From IMG/VR virus record IMGVR_UViG_3300036719_002804: a stretch of DNA of 42,620 nucleotides; one strand, given 5' to 3'. This document shows positions 27,401-35,076 of the stretch, in pieces. Origin of the DNA: a virus. Each line of letters begins with the position of its first letter. Positions within the stretch are counted from its first letter, which is position 1. The notes below the pieces were generated by a model. The model did not search any database. It saw nothing but the letters and a program-made list of their open reading frames with translations, and was not told the origin of the DNA. The translations under genes and the position numbers were made by a program.

Positions 27401-27907
27401 ATCCCCCTGGAGGCGCGGATGGCGCTGGCCGGCCGCAAGGTGTCGGTGAGCTTCCCTATGCAGCTGGAAACCCCGATCGACATGCGCAAGCAGTTCGCGG
27501 GCGCTGGCGTGGTGGTGGCCAAGAGCGGCAGCAGCGCCACGATCGACCTGGGCCCGTTCCTCTCGAAGCACGTCAAGGGCCGCACGATCGTCGAGGCCTT
27601 CACCTCCCTGTTCAACGATCCGGTCTACAAGCGGATGCAGGATCTCCCCGGCACCACCTCCGATCTGGAAGTGCGGGACATGCCGCCAGCACGCCGCCGC
27701 GCACAGGCCGCATCGCAGATGATCCAGGGCGTCTACGACTACTACCAGCTGCTCACTCAGGACCAGCTGGAGGCATCGAGCACCCCCGCCGCCCAGGACT
27801 GGCGCGAGCGGCGGGCAGCGATTGCCAGGGAGGCGTTCAAGGGTCAGACCGACAAGCTGCGCGACCTGATGGAATCCCTGGGCCAGCCAGTCCCGGCCCA
27901 GCGGTAG
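24473..27907 (+). CDS. Large internal virion (ejection/core) protein, T7 gp15/gp16 position
   Basis: 1144 aa with an N-terminal coiled coil. Lies directly upstream of the tail fibre as T7 gp16 does. No catalytic motif recognised. Confidence 0.6.
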   Translation: MANNCNDFQEQLLKLQEQNAQLQKDLEASERARKAGEQFLKDEVKRQFVIPMQDGTSRSISDAEINRAYHDYVSRMSSDELDRMVQRGLGNRAKPVGAEGRFVNYRQLIDNANIQNAEDYAKLSEALTGAWKELDPDDFVFVTEVYGRERLLQSVADAYKEFTDADTIAAALANNAAAFTTLAERMTRLRFLSETAKTSYLDTLKAVTEYMRTTSRAVVAEELKEGSGDLGRRVHSSYKLAKMAHRHVNMAKRRTGQALRSLQEDFAAPDNFRVDMTEAEQTIGASARDIRSDEHFGRVMEAIDNGKTNPTKAAEQIEQLRIAAMVDGIDPGSPLDKGWENPHLRFGNALVKDSQLQNFGSQVKANLMGTWLANTHGFIHQSFENIGNLTPHGTRFSREAFGEGLRIAWESAAYSHNAVRRSWRELAADSFLRGDAPFGGNLDTYGRSSSNNEQLLGQVQAIIEQPYRPGGPLRPENWASTVHKIQAGVAMLRYHWSGKNPAMLTPALRAMSATDSVLGYDAFAFKLKNDLEIKARRDGVQLGLLDQRTRDEWVTKQMEEAFYQAAPTEANVKAFRRQHKLKGSDITDDEIKAIITAERVRQTYGRPTLDTPEAQEAMAYSLRNRMQAAPEGGLPGAIDTAVMEARKHWAVDALVPYWRAPFNQFLFDTRLTFGPLAETIEIIFDKNPTKEQIAKVQAGWVVTGGLLGLFAGLDMMGLIEGNGPLEPNARRAWLLEGNKPNTLAGVPYLGGLPILNTLFLWKDIKETFVSGTYSNFDQNKAWWGIAQVLTSQLIRQTGFGQLQRLVDALLDPEQQMPRLVQWLGQGQLPGSGIMRGLQRATGSNATDFYRDELPNATERAMLGEDDPAAQIERNLRNLAFGTIPLLGLPGGAPRKEQDFLGQPIRLEFGADWAEAMKSRFHPRMWPRANQRVYAELDAQGRLTLPGPLLTRQLEGVSMSSELQKEYNDTFGTVKGNIPLEARMALAGRKVSVSFPMQLETPIDMRKQFAGAGVVVAKSGSSATIDLGPFLSKHVKGRTIVEAFTSLFNDPVYKRMQDLPGTTSDLEVRDMPPARRRAQAASQMIQGVYDYYQLLTQDQLEASSTPAAQDWRERRAAIAREAFKGQTDKLRDLMESLGQPVPAQR

Positions 27908-27955
27908 CGCACCCGCAGGGGAGGGGCACAATAGGTCTGCAACCGTGCAGAGCTG

Positions 27956-29983
27956 GTGTCCCTCTCCTACATCACCTACCCCGGCAACGGCAGCACCAAA
28001 GACTTTGACGTGCCGTTTCCTTACCTCAGCCGGGCCCATGTGCGGGTCGGCTACGGGTGGGACTATTTCGAGGACACGCTGACCACTGAGCTGTTCACCC
28101 CTGGCGGCTTCACCTGGATCAGCGACACCCGCATCCGGCTCACTAACCCTGCCCCCAGCGGACAGGAGCTGACCATCCTCCGCGCCACGCCCAAGGCGGT
28201 ACAGCTGGTGGAGTGGACCGACAGCTCGACCGTCCAGGCCTTTGATCACAACCGGGCCGATCTGCAGAGCCTGTATGCGATCCAGGAGCTGAACGACCGC
28301 AGCCGCTTCGCGCGCGCCAATCTGATACTCGTACCTGCTGGTGCAACCGATGCCGCGCTGGCTGCAGCGTTTGCAGATGCTGCTGCAAACGACAAGAAGA
28401 TTGTTTTTAGCGAGGATACAACTGTCAAGATCCCAACGGTTGCGGCGACCATCCAGGCGGTATGCGAGCTGGTGGTGCCTACGGTAAATGTAGAGATTCT
28501 GATTGAGAGTGGGCATGAGATCGAGAACGCCAACACGCTCAGCGACGGGGATTACGGCAAGTTCCGCATCACAAGTATTGACGCAGAGGTGAAGGTCGGC
28601 ACAAGCCTGCCTGCCACGCAAGGCGTCGTGCAGTGCTTCAACGCCACCGCCCTGCAGTGGGATGTGCTGCTGGACTGCGACGGCCTCGCGGACTATGGGC
28701 TGGCGCTGTTCAATTCGAGAGGCTACCTGGCCCCCGCGAAAGGGATCCGCAAGGCACGGCGGGCCAACCTGTTTGCCACCCAGTCGTCAACTGTCAGCGC
28801 CCCAGGAGCGCCGGGCGTGGGGAGCATCCTCGCCGACGGGCTCGAGCATGGCGCATGGATCACATGGTCGTCTTCGCTGTCCTGTCACCTGACCGACTTT
28901 CGCAACAACGGGAGCGCGAATAGCGATGGCTACGGAATCTTTGCTTCGCGGGGTTCTCACATTCAGGCTGACCGAGCCGACTACAGAGGCTCTGCAAACG
29001 GAATCCGCAACGGTCGGTCCATTGTTTGCTCTCGCATCGCCAAATTTGATGGCATTCCCGGCTACTCGATTGTCGTTATTGAACTAGGCTTTACCAGCGC
29101 TTCAGTTGGCTCTTTTGACAACTGCGGCACTGCGGGAAATGGTAAGTCCATCTTGCAAGTAGGATTTGGCGCTGGGGATCGGGATCAATCTGGCGGGCAA
29201 ATCAATGCAGAAAGCTCAACCTTCAACAATGCCAAGGCAGATCACATAGCAGAAGTAATTGGCGGCGATGGGTACATCAACATCGACAACTGTAGCGGCA
29301 CCGGGATCGAAAAGAAGCTCGCGCTCGTAAGCAGGGGTACGATCACCTGCAACCGGGGCAGCTATTCGGTGGCGGCAAGTAACGAGTCCACCGAGCTTAT
29401 CCTTTCAGCTCGCGGCGGCAGGTTCCAATCATTCGCCACGATCTTCGATGGCGGCGGCACAGTGCGGAATGTTGGCCGCGCACTGGGTGACGGCTTCCTC
29501 AGTCTAGACTCAGCTCTGTCAACCAACTTCACGGAAGCCGTTATCGCCCGCCTCGAAGATGCGGGAACATGCTACGCCAGGGGGGCGTCCCATAACGGAA
29601 GCACGAATGTTCTGCAGAGGGGGACCAACGCCAATGGTGGTTTCGCCAGATACAGCGATGGCACGCAACATTGCTGGGCATGGCTGGAAGTCACGAATAT
29701 CGCAGGGGACGGCAAGCGGATGTCCAGAACCTGGAACTACCCGGCAGCGTTCGTTGAACCGCTGGTATCAATCAGTGTCACAGGCACCATCAGCAGAAGA
29801 AACTCCAACAACGCCGTTGTGGGGACAACCGACGCAAAGCTCAAGGACTGCGAACTTCTATCCGGGGCAACATCCGCCGCCGGGCACGAGTTTTTCGTGG
29901 AGATCAATTCCACCGCCGTTACCACATTCGTGACCGGCGACACCTGCTGGATCCGCGCCCATGCCATCGGGAGGTGGTTCTGA
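27956..29983 (+). CDS. Tail fibre/tailspike with a T7 gp17-like N-terminal adaptor domain
   Basis: YPGNGSTKDFDVPFPYLSRAHVRV...ELTILRATPKAVQLVEWTDSSTVQAFDHNRADLQSLYAIQE parallels T7 gp17 DGSNRDFNIPFEYLARKFVVV...[37 protein letters not shown]. The distal part (about 28300..29983) has lower GC. GTG start. Confidence 0.85.
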   Translation: MSLSYITYPGNGSTKDFDVPFPYLSRAHVRVGYGWDYFEDTLTTELFTPGGFTWISDTRIRLTNPAPSGQELTILRATPKAVQLVEWTDSSTVQAFDHNRADLQSLYAIQELNDRSRFARANLILVPAGATDAALAAAFADAAANDKKIVFSEDTTVKIPTVAATIQAVCELVVPTVNVEILIESGHEIENANTLSDGDYGKFRITSIDAEVKVGTSLPATQGVVQCFNATALQWDVLLDCDGLADYGLALFNSRGYLAPAKGIRKARRANLFATQSSTVSAPGAPGVGSILADGLEHGAWITWSSSLSCHLTDFRNNGSANSDGYGIFASRGSHIQADRADYRGSANGIRNGRSIVCSRIAKFDGIPGYSIVVIELGFTSASVGSFDNCGTAGNGKSILQVGFGAGDRDQSGGQINAESSTFNNAKADHIAEVIGGDGYINIDNCSGTGIEKKLALVSRGTITCNRGSYSVAASNESTELILSARGGRFQSFATIFDGGGTVRNVGRALGDGFLSLDSALSTNFTEAVIARLEDAGTCYARGASHNGSTNVLQRGTNANGGFARYSDGTQHCWAWLEVTNIAGDGKRMSRTWNYPAAFVEPLVSISVTGTISRRNSNNAVVGTTDAKLKDCELLSGATSAAGHEFFVEINSTAVTTFVTGDTCWIRAHAIGRWF

Positions 29984-30102
29984 TGACCTGCCCCAACTAT
30001 TCCTGGAACGAGGTTGTGATGCTGGCAGCAGGAATGTCGCCGGTGTTGCTGTTTACCGCGTTGTTTTTCGCAGCGTTGGTCAGGGTCCAATGGACCGAGT
30101 AA
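29983..30102 (+). CDS. Small single-TM protein (39 aa), holin/lysis-accessory candidate
   Basis: Hand-translated: MTCPNYSWNEVVMLAAGMSPVLLFTALFFAALVRVQWTE. TGATG overlap with the fibre stop. Confidence 0.35.
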   Translation: MTCPNYSWNEVVMLAAGMSPVLLFTALFFAALVRVQWTE

Positions 30103-30254
30103 GGGCGATCCGCGACCACAAGCGACAGCTCGCCCAGCGGTTGCTGCGGGACGCCGATGAACGCGCCGACTGCCTGCATGCCAGGCCATCGCTCACCCCG
30201 GACCAGTGGCGGCTGATCGCGCAGTGGGTGCTGGAGGAGCCATGCCCCACCTGA
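30090..30254 (+). CDS. Small hypothetical protein (54 aa)
   Basis: In-frame ATG inside track ORF 29961..30254. Overlaps both neighbours. No motif recognised. Confidence 0.3.
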   Translation: MDRVRAIRDHKRQLAQRLLRDADERADCLHARPSLTPDQWRLIAQWVLEEPCPT

Positions 30255-30508
30255 TCCGTAGCACAGCCGGCGGGTACTTGCCGTCTCTTGCCTGGTCGTT
30301 ACGCTGCAGCAGTGCAGATCAGCTCGCCGTGGGCATTGCCGAATCCCTCACGCTTCTTGGCCTAGGCGGTGCTGGCGTAGCAGCGCTCTGGCGCATCGCA
30401 TTCGTGACAGGTCGCTTCGAGGGCAAGATCACCTCGACCCTCCAGGCAGTGCAGAAATGGCTTGAGGACCACGAAAGCCGGATCAGGCACCTTGAGGGCG
30501 ACCGATGA
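30242..30508 (+). CDS. Membrane protein with a C-terminal coiled coil (holin or i-spanin-like candidate)
   Basis: GGAGGAG lies upstream of the ATG at 30242. TM segment LTLLGLGGAGVAALWRIAFV, then a charged helical tail. Confidence 0.45.
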   Translation: MPHLIRSTAGGYLPSLAWSLRCSSADQLAVGIAESLTLLGLGGAGVAALWRIAFVTGRFEGKITSTLQAVQKWLEDHESRIRHLEGDR

Positions 30509-30756
30509 GGACACGCATCACCGGCCAGTTCGACATCTCCCTGATCCTTCCCGTTGCCGTCGGCCTGATCTACGCCGGCACCGGCGGCTGGACGGCTGAG
30601 CGCTGGAACACCGCCCTGGCTGTCATGGGCCTCTCCGTGGCCAAGAAGTCCTACGAGCAGGGCTACTGGACCGAAAACCCCGAGCTGCGCCGCCCGCCTG
30701 CCGGCATCGAGCGACCCCGCGACGAGAAGGGGCGCTTCATCCACCACGACCCATGA
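30505..30756 (+). CDS. Two-TM small membrane protein (class II holin-like candidate)
   Basis: ATGA overlap. TM segments ISLILPVAVGLIYAG and ALAVMGLSVA, followed by a charged C-terminus. Confidence 0.45.
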   Translation: MRTRITGQFDISLILPVAVGLIYAGTGGWTAERWNTALAVMGLSVAKKSYEQGYWTENPELRRPPAGIERPRDEKGRFIHHDP

Positions 30757-31049
30757 AGTGGTCCCTGGATGATGTCCGCATTATCGGGGACATCGTGGCG
30801 GCATCCCTGCTGGCCAGGATGGTCCAGCTGGTCGCCCTCAAGGCCTTCATCGAGCCCGCCGGCCACTTCATCGGCACCGCGTTCTGGCAGCGCCTCAGGG
30901 GCCTCTCCGGTGACCGGCTGCCGGCACTGCTGTGGGTGTCAGCGTTCCTGGAACACCCCGATGTAGACAATGCCCTTGGCGATCAGCGGCAGCACTCGAT
31001 CCCGCAGGTCGATGTTGTGCATCCGGAGGCAACCGAGTGTCGGGTGTAG
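30753..31049 (+). CDS. Hypothetical protein whose 3' end overlaps the convergent lysin gene
   Basis: ATGA overlap start. The last 111 nt are antisense to 30939..32102, so the true function of the C-terminal end is uncertain. Confidence 0.35.
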   Translation: MKWSLDDVRIIGDIVAASLLARMVQLVALKAFIEPAGHFIGTAFWQRLRGLSGDRLPALLWVSAFLEHPDVDNALGDQRQHSIPQVDVVHPEATECRV

Positions 31050-32102
31050 CGATTGCTTCGGCGCCCAGGCGCCAGGCCAGCCGCAAGCAGTGCCGCCACC
31101 GTGGAGCATGATGCCGGATCGACCGTTGCGGCTTTCCTGCCCTTCGAGGTCCACCATGTCGAAGCTGTACCAGCCGTAGCTCTCCGCGGTGTCTGATTGG
31201 AGCGGGTTGTTGCTCTCCTCCCAGTCCCGGTAGACCTTGCCGATCTGATACAGGCCTGGCGGGGTGTCGGTGTGGGGCTTGTTCCATTCCTTGTCGCGGC
31301 CCTGCCCCCGCGCAAGGCACGGCAGTGTCCACAGCAGCGCACCAGTGTGGCTGTAGGCACGCATCTGCTGGGTTCGGTCATTCACCAGGAGGTAGGTGTC
31401 GCCGGGCTTCATCGGCGCCTTCTTGCCCGGGCCGGCCAGGCCATCTTCTGCAGGGGTGCGGGGATCCAGCTCGAAGGTGGTCGGCTGGGCCGGTGCCGTC
31501 GTGGGGGCGTGTTGATCCATGAGGCGGATCAGCTTCTCGGCGTACTTCGGATCGGTGGCGTAGCCCTCCTTCACCAGCAGCCGGGCGGCATCGTTCCGGG
31601 TCGTTCCGCGGTTCACACCCTTGTTCTGCTCAAAATCCTTGTACCACCGGCTTACCAGGTGCTCGACAGCCGCGGTTAGCGATGGGAAGTCCTTGAACTC
31701 TGCCTGGATGGCGACATCTTTCCCGTTGATCACCTCGTTGGTGGTCTTGACCGTGCCGGCCCCCTTGAGCCCGAATGGGTTGTTGCGACCGCTGAGCGTT
31801 TTGCCCCACCCGCTTTCGAGCGCCCATTGAGCAGCCACCAGGTCGGGGTGTTTCGCGCCGGCTTTGGCAGCCATATTGCGGATCGCCTCCCAGTTGGCGG
31901 CCTGCGGCTTCTCGCTGAACTGCTGCGCCCACGGTGCGCCCTCCACCAGCAGGCCCGGGTCAGCCTTCCTGATCGCCCGCCCCAGCGCCAGGACGCCTTC
32001 GATCTGCTGTTGCTCGCCCTCGAACCATGTCCAGAAATCCAGCCATCGCTGGTCTGTGAGTTGCTTGCCGGGGTTTGCCATCATGGGTGCAGAGCTCTGC
32101 AC
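30939..32102 (-). CDS. Two-domain peptidoglycan hydrolase: glucosaminidase (FlgJ-like) plus C-terminal YkuD (L,D-transpeptidase fold) domain
   Basis: AAQWALESGWGKTLSGRNNPFGLKG...GYATDPKYAEKLIRL (glucosaminidase pattern). TPPGLYQIG...GIMLHGGG...HPTLGCLRMHNIDL (YkuD HG...S/TxGC(I/L)R motif). The start is either GTG at 32102 or the tandem ATG ATG at 32084/32081. Confidence 0.8.
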   Translation of the reverse strand: MQSSAPMMANPGKQLTDQRWLDFWTWFEGEQQQIEGVLALGRAIRKADPGLLVEGAPWAQQFSEKPQAANWEAIRNMAAKAGAKHPDLVAAQWALESGWGKTLSGRNNPFGLKGAGTVKTTNEVINGKDVAIQAEFKDFPSLTAAVEHLVSRWYKDFEQNKGVNRGTTRNDAARLLVKEGYATDPKYAEKLIRLMDQHAPTTAPAQPTTFELDPRTPAEDGLAGPGKKAPMKPGDTYLLVNDRTQQMRAYSHTGALLWTLPCLARGQGRDKEWNKPHTDTPPGLYQIGKVYRDWEESNNPLQSDTAESYGWYSFDMVDLEGQESRNGRSGIMLHGGGTACGWPGAWAPKQSLHPTLGCLRMHNIDLRDRVLPLIAKGIVYIGVFQER

Positions 32103-32107
32103 CCATG
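32082..32107. promoter_or_regulatory. Perfect 26-bp palindrome at the divergent lysin/TerS starts
   Basis: CATGGGTGCAGAGCTCTGCACCCATG is its own reverse complement. It contains the plus-strand ATG (32083) and the minus-strand GTG (32102), and is adjacent to the minus-strand ATGs (32084/32081). Confidence 0.85.
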
Positions 32108-32379
32108 CAACCGTGGCTGATAGCGATTTGCGAGAGCTCTATGACGAGGGCCACAAGCTCATCGTCAATGAGCTGGTCGAAAAGATCCGCAACGGTGATG
32201 CCAGCACCGAGGATCGGCGCCTGTTCGCCCAGCTGATGAAGCAGAACAACATCAGCGCCGCACCAATCGAAGGCACGGCCGCGGCAGCCATGCAGCGAAT
32301 GGCCAGCAAGCTGCACAGCTTCGGCACGCTGGAAGAAAAGGCCAAGGTGGTGCCGATCCGCCCGCCGGCTACCGCCTGA
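32083..32379 (+). CDS. Small terminase subunit candidate (T7 gp18-like), on the opposite strand to TerL
   Basis: 98 aa and helical. FAQLMKQNNISAAP resembles the LLKDNNIT motif I associate with T7-group small terminases. This frame has high third-position GC, and the minus-strand frames translate to R/G/C-rich nonsense. The 3' end overlaps the TerL 3' end by 11 nt. Confidence 0.5.
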   Translation: MGAELCTHATVADSDLRELYDEGHKLIVNELVEKIRNGDASTEDRRLFAQLMKQNNISAAPIEGTAAAAMQRMASKLHSFGTLEEKAKVVPIRPPATA

Positions 32380-34132
32380 CACCACCCACGGCACCGCTGC
32401 CCTTGGGGATGATCCCCAGCGCCAACGCATCCACATGCGCGCCCGTCTCGTCGAACCACGCCGCCAGGGAGGCCTCCACCAGCTCCTCCTGGCGCCTCAG
32501 TGCCGCCCGCTCCTGGTCCTGGGCCGCGGCCTCCACGAAGTGGGCTGCAGCGATCGCCAGGGCGTCGATCCGGTCGTAGTACAGCAGGCTCCCCCGGTCG
32601 GTCGTGATCCGGCTCAGCTGGTACATCAGTGACCGGGGGTGGCCCGTGTCCACGTCCCGCTCCGCGCCCTCCCAGTCCTTGCGGATCAGCTCGCTGTTCA
32701 CCACGAGCCGGTGCTGCTGCACCAGTGGCGCCAGCACGTCGATGATGCGCCGCTCCTTCTGCCCAGCTGATCTGGGCGCCTCCTCGATTGAGCAGGGGTA
32801 GATGCGCTGCATCACCGGCTGCAGGATCTTGCTGAACATCCCATCGCCGAAGTTGGGCTCAGGGATCACAGCGTTCACTTCCCAGCGCTTGGCGATCTTC
32901 GCCAGCATCGCCAGCACATCGTCCTCATACCCGCGGGTGGTGCCACCGGATTCGAGCAGGAACAGGTTGCCGTTCAGCTCTGCCACCACCGCCCAGGCCA
33001 GTTCGTCACTGCCGCGGCCGGATGGGTCGATCGCCAGCACGCTGCGCCACTTCTCTGCCTTCGCCAGCCACCCCTGAACGGTCATCGGCCGGTGGTAGTA
33101 GCGGTCAGCACCCAGGCCCACGCATGGCAGCTCGTTGATCCGCTGCTCCGACCCAGATGCCCAGCTCACCACCTCCGGCAGCGCCTTCCCGTCCAGCGCC
33201 ATCACGATCAGATCGCCCAGGCGGATGGGGAACTTGTCGAGGGTGCTCAGCCGGCAGTTGAGCATGTACTGCAGCTGCCAGCTGGCCTTGGTGCTGCCCG
33301 TCTCCCGCTTGATCAGCTCCGTGTCATCGAACCGTTCGGGGTCGGTCGGCTCACCCACCAGCTGCGGATGGGTGGTCACCTCCTCCACCATCAGCGGGTC
33401 GAGGCAGCCGTCGTACACCTCCAGCTCATCCGGCTTGGGGTAGCGGGCCGGCCACATCCGCATCTTGTACCCGCGCTCGCGCACCAGCCGCCAGTACATC
33501 GAGGTCTCGAGGTGCGGCGTGCCGCGGAAGCTGATCTGCCGTGGTAGCGGCTGCCCCGCATCCGGCAGCAGGATCGACTCGAACTCCGTGGTGGCCTGCC
33601 ACAACCGCTCCTGCTTCAGCGGCGTGATCGAGTTGGTGAGCGTCTCGATGTCATCCGGGATGATCATCGTGGCCCGCTTGCCGGTCAACGAGGGGCTGAG
33701 GATCCCGCACGCCCGCACCGACGGCGCACCGTCACCGCCGATGATTGCTGGGCCCACATCAAACGCCAGCACGGACTGCCGCTGGTTATCCCTTGGCGCC
33801 AGGCACTGCAGCAGGTCGATCTCCCGGATGCACCGCTGCATGAAGGTGGTGATCTCCTCGGCCTTGGTTTCCGTCGCGCCAGGAATCAGGATCTTCTCCC
33901 CCTCCGGGTCGATGCGCAGCCGATGCAGCGCCCTGGCACCGCTGATCGTGCTCTTGGCAATCCCGCGGAACCCCACCGTCACCGTCCGGTCAGGGCCCAC
34001 CTCGTCCCACTCGCAGATCCGCAGCTGCTGCTTGGTCGGCTCATCCGCCAGCCCGAGCTCGCGGAGGATGTAGCAGAAGAAGTACGCGAACCGGCCGATG
34101 CCCAGTTCAGGCGGGATGGGGTAGACGCTCAT
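32369..34132 (-). CDS. terL: Large terminase subunit, T7 gp19-like
   Basis: ICEWDEVGPDRTVTVGFRGIAKS, SVLAFDVGP, LTGKRATMIIPDDIE, ISFRGTPH, LAIDPSGRGSDELAWAVV and EPNFGDGMF are colinear with T7 gp19 (FEWLEHGP...MAFRGIGKS, SFDVGP, LTGSRADIIIADDVE, LGTPQ, IDPSGRGKDETGYAV, ESNFGDGMF). Confidence 0.92.
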   Translation of the reverse strand: MSVYPIPPELGIGRFAYFFCYILRELGLADEPTKQQLRICEWDEVGPDRTVTVGFRGIAKSTISGARALHRLRIDPEGEKILIPGATETKAEEITTFMQRCIREIDLLQCLAPRDNQRQSVLAFDVGPAIIGGDGAPSVRACGILSPSLTGKRATMIIPDDIETLTNSITPLKQERLWQATTEFESILLPDAGQPLPRQISFRGTPHLETSMYWRLVRERGYKMRMWPARYPKPDELEVYDGCLDPLMVEEVTTHPQLVGEPTDPERFDDTELIKRETGSTKASWQLQYMLNCRLSTLDKFPIRLGDLIVMALDGKALPEVVSWASGSEQRINELPCVGLGADRYYHRPMTVQGWLAKAEKWRSVLAIDPSGRGSDELAWAVVAELNGNLFLLESGGTTRGYEDDVLAMLAKIAKRWEVNAVIPEPNFGDGMFSKILQPVMQRIYPCSIEEAPRSAGQKERRIIDVLAPLVQQHRLVVNSELIRKDWEGAERDVDTGHPRSLMYQLSRITTDRGSLLYYDRIDALAIAAAHFVEAAAQDQERAALRRQEELVEASLAAWFDETGAHVDALALGIIPKGSGAVGGVRR

Positions 34133-34262
34133 GCAGAGAGCCCCCCTGCCGAAGCAGAAGGGCCCTCACACCACCACCGAACCAGTAGAACCAGAGCTTT
34201 CGCTGCTGCTCTTGATTCAGTGGAACCCCGGGAACCACCCCAGCAGGTCATCACAAGGTAGC

Positions 34263-34592
34263 TCAACTGGCGGTGTAGCCCACTTCCACCCAGGTGCCCT
34301 CGTAGGCCAGCACCTTCTGGATCAGCTCGTTCTTGGTGAAGTTGTCCAGGTCCACCGTCTCCCCCCAGCTGGCCAGCAGCAGCGCCGCCAGCGCCGACTT
34401 GGTGAGTGCGTTCAGGAAGGTCACCCGCGCCTGCACCGCCGTGACCTGCGGGGCGATGAACGCTGGGGCTGCAGCACCGAGCTCAACAATCCGCCGCCAG
34501 ATGCGCCACAGCGGCACCACCGACTCGTTGATGCTCATCGCACACCGCACCGCGCTGTCCAGAAAGACATTGGCCGACTGGTTGGCGGACAT
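34263..34592 (-). CDS. Hypothetical protein (109 aa)
   Basis: Coding-like frame upstream of TerL on the same strand. No motif recognised. Confidence 0.45.
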   Translation of the reverse strand: MSANQSANVFLDSAVRCAMSINESVVPLWRIWRRIVELGAAAPAFIAPQVTAVQARVTFLNALTKSALAALLLASWGETVDLDNFTKNELIQKVLAYEGTWVEVGYTAS

Positions 34593-34620
34593 CGCTGCAG
34601 CGGTGGAGAGCAGTCACACC

Positions 34621-35076
34621 CTACCCAGCCTCATCCAACTCATCCAGCTTGGGGATCCTCGTCAGCTCGTCCCATTGGTGGAACAGGTAGCCGCGTTTCT
34701 CGCCGCCAATCCAGATCAGCCTGGGATTGAACAGGTAGTAGGCCTCATGCTTGACCGGATCGACCGCACGGGTCAGCAGGCCCTCCACCTTCAGCCGCTT
34801 GATCGAGGCCGCTACGTCCGGCTGCTTCATCTTCAGTTGCTCGGCCAACACCGTGCCCTTCACGTTGCAGCGGCCGGTGCGCCAGTTCATGTGGGCCACC
34901 AGGCCGAGCACCACCGCTGAATCCCTCAGCTGCAGCCGCCGCTCGCCCGTTGCCTCCAGAACGGCATCCATCAGCTCCTGGATCGAAATCATTGCGAAGT
35001 TCTCGCTGGCGCCCTGTCTAGGCTTCATGTGCTTGCGTTCATGTGCTGTCGCAGGCGGCCCGTACCTAGTAGCCAT
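34621..35076 (-). CDS. Winged-helix (MarR/Rep-like) DNA-binding protein, first gene of the leftward arm
   Basis: VVLGLVAHMNWRTGRCNVKGTVLAEQLKMKQPDVAASIKRLKVEGLLTR is a typical wHTH recognition segment. It borders the large noncoding region. Alternative internal ATG starts exist. Confidence 0.55.
   Translation of the reverse strand: MATRYGPPATAHERKHMKPRQGASENFAMISIQELMDAVLEATGERRLQLRDSAVVLGLVAHMNWRTGRCNVKGTVLAEQLKMKQPDVAASIKRLKVEGLLTRAVDPVKHEAYYLFNPRLIWIGGEKRGYLFHQWDELTRIPKLDELDEAG

Noticed and set aside
31864-32082. The upstream extension of the TerS-like ORF to the track start at 31864.
   Set aside because: That part is antisense to the well-supported lysin gene. The ATG at 32083 inside the palindrome is the first plausible start.
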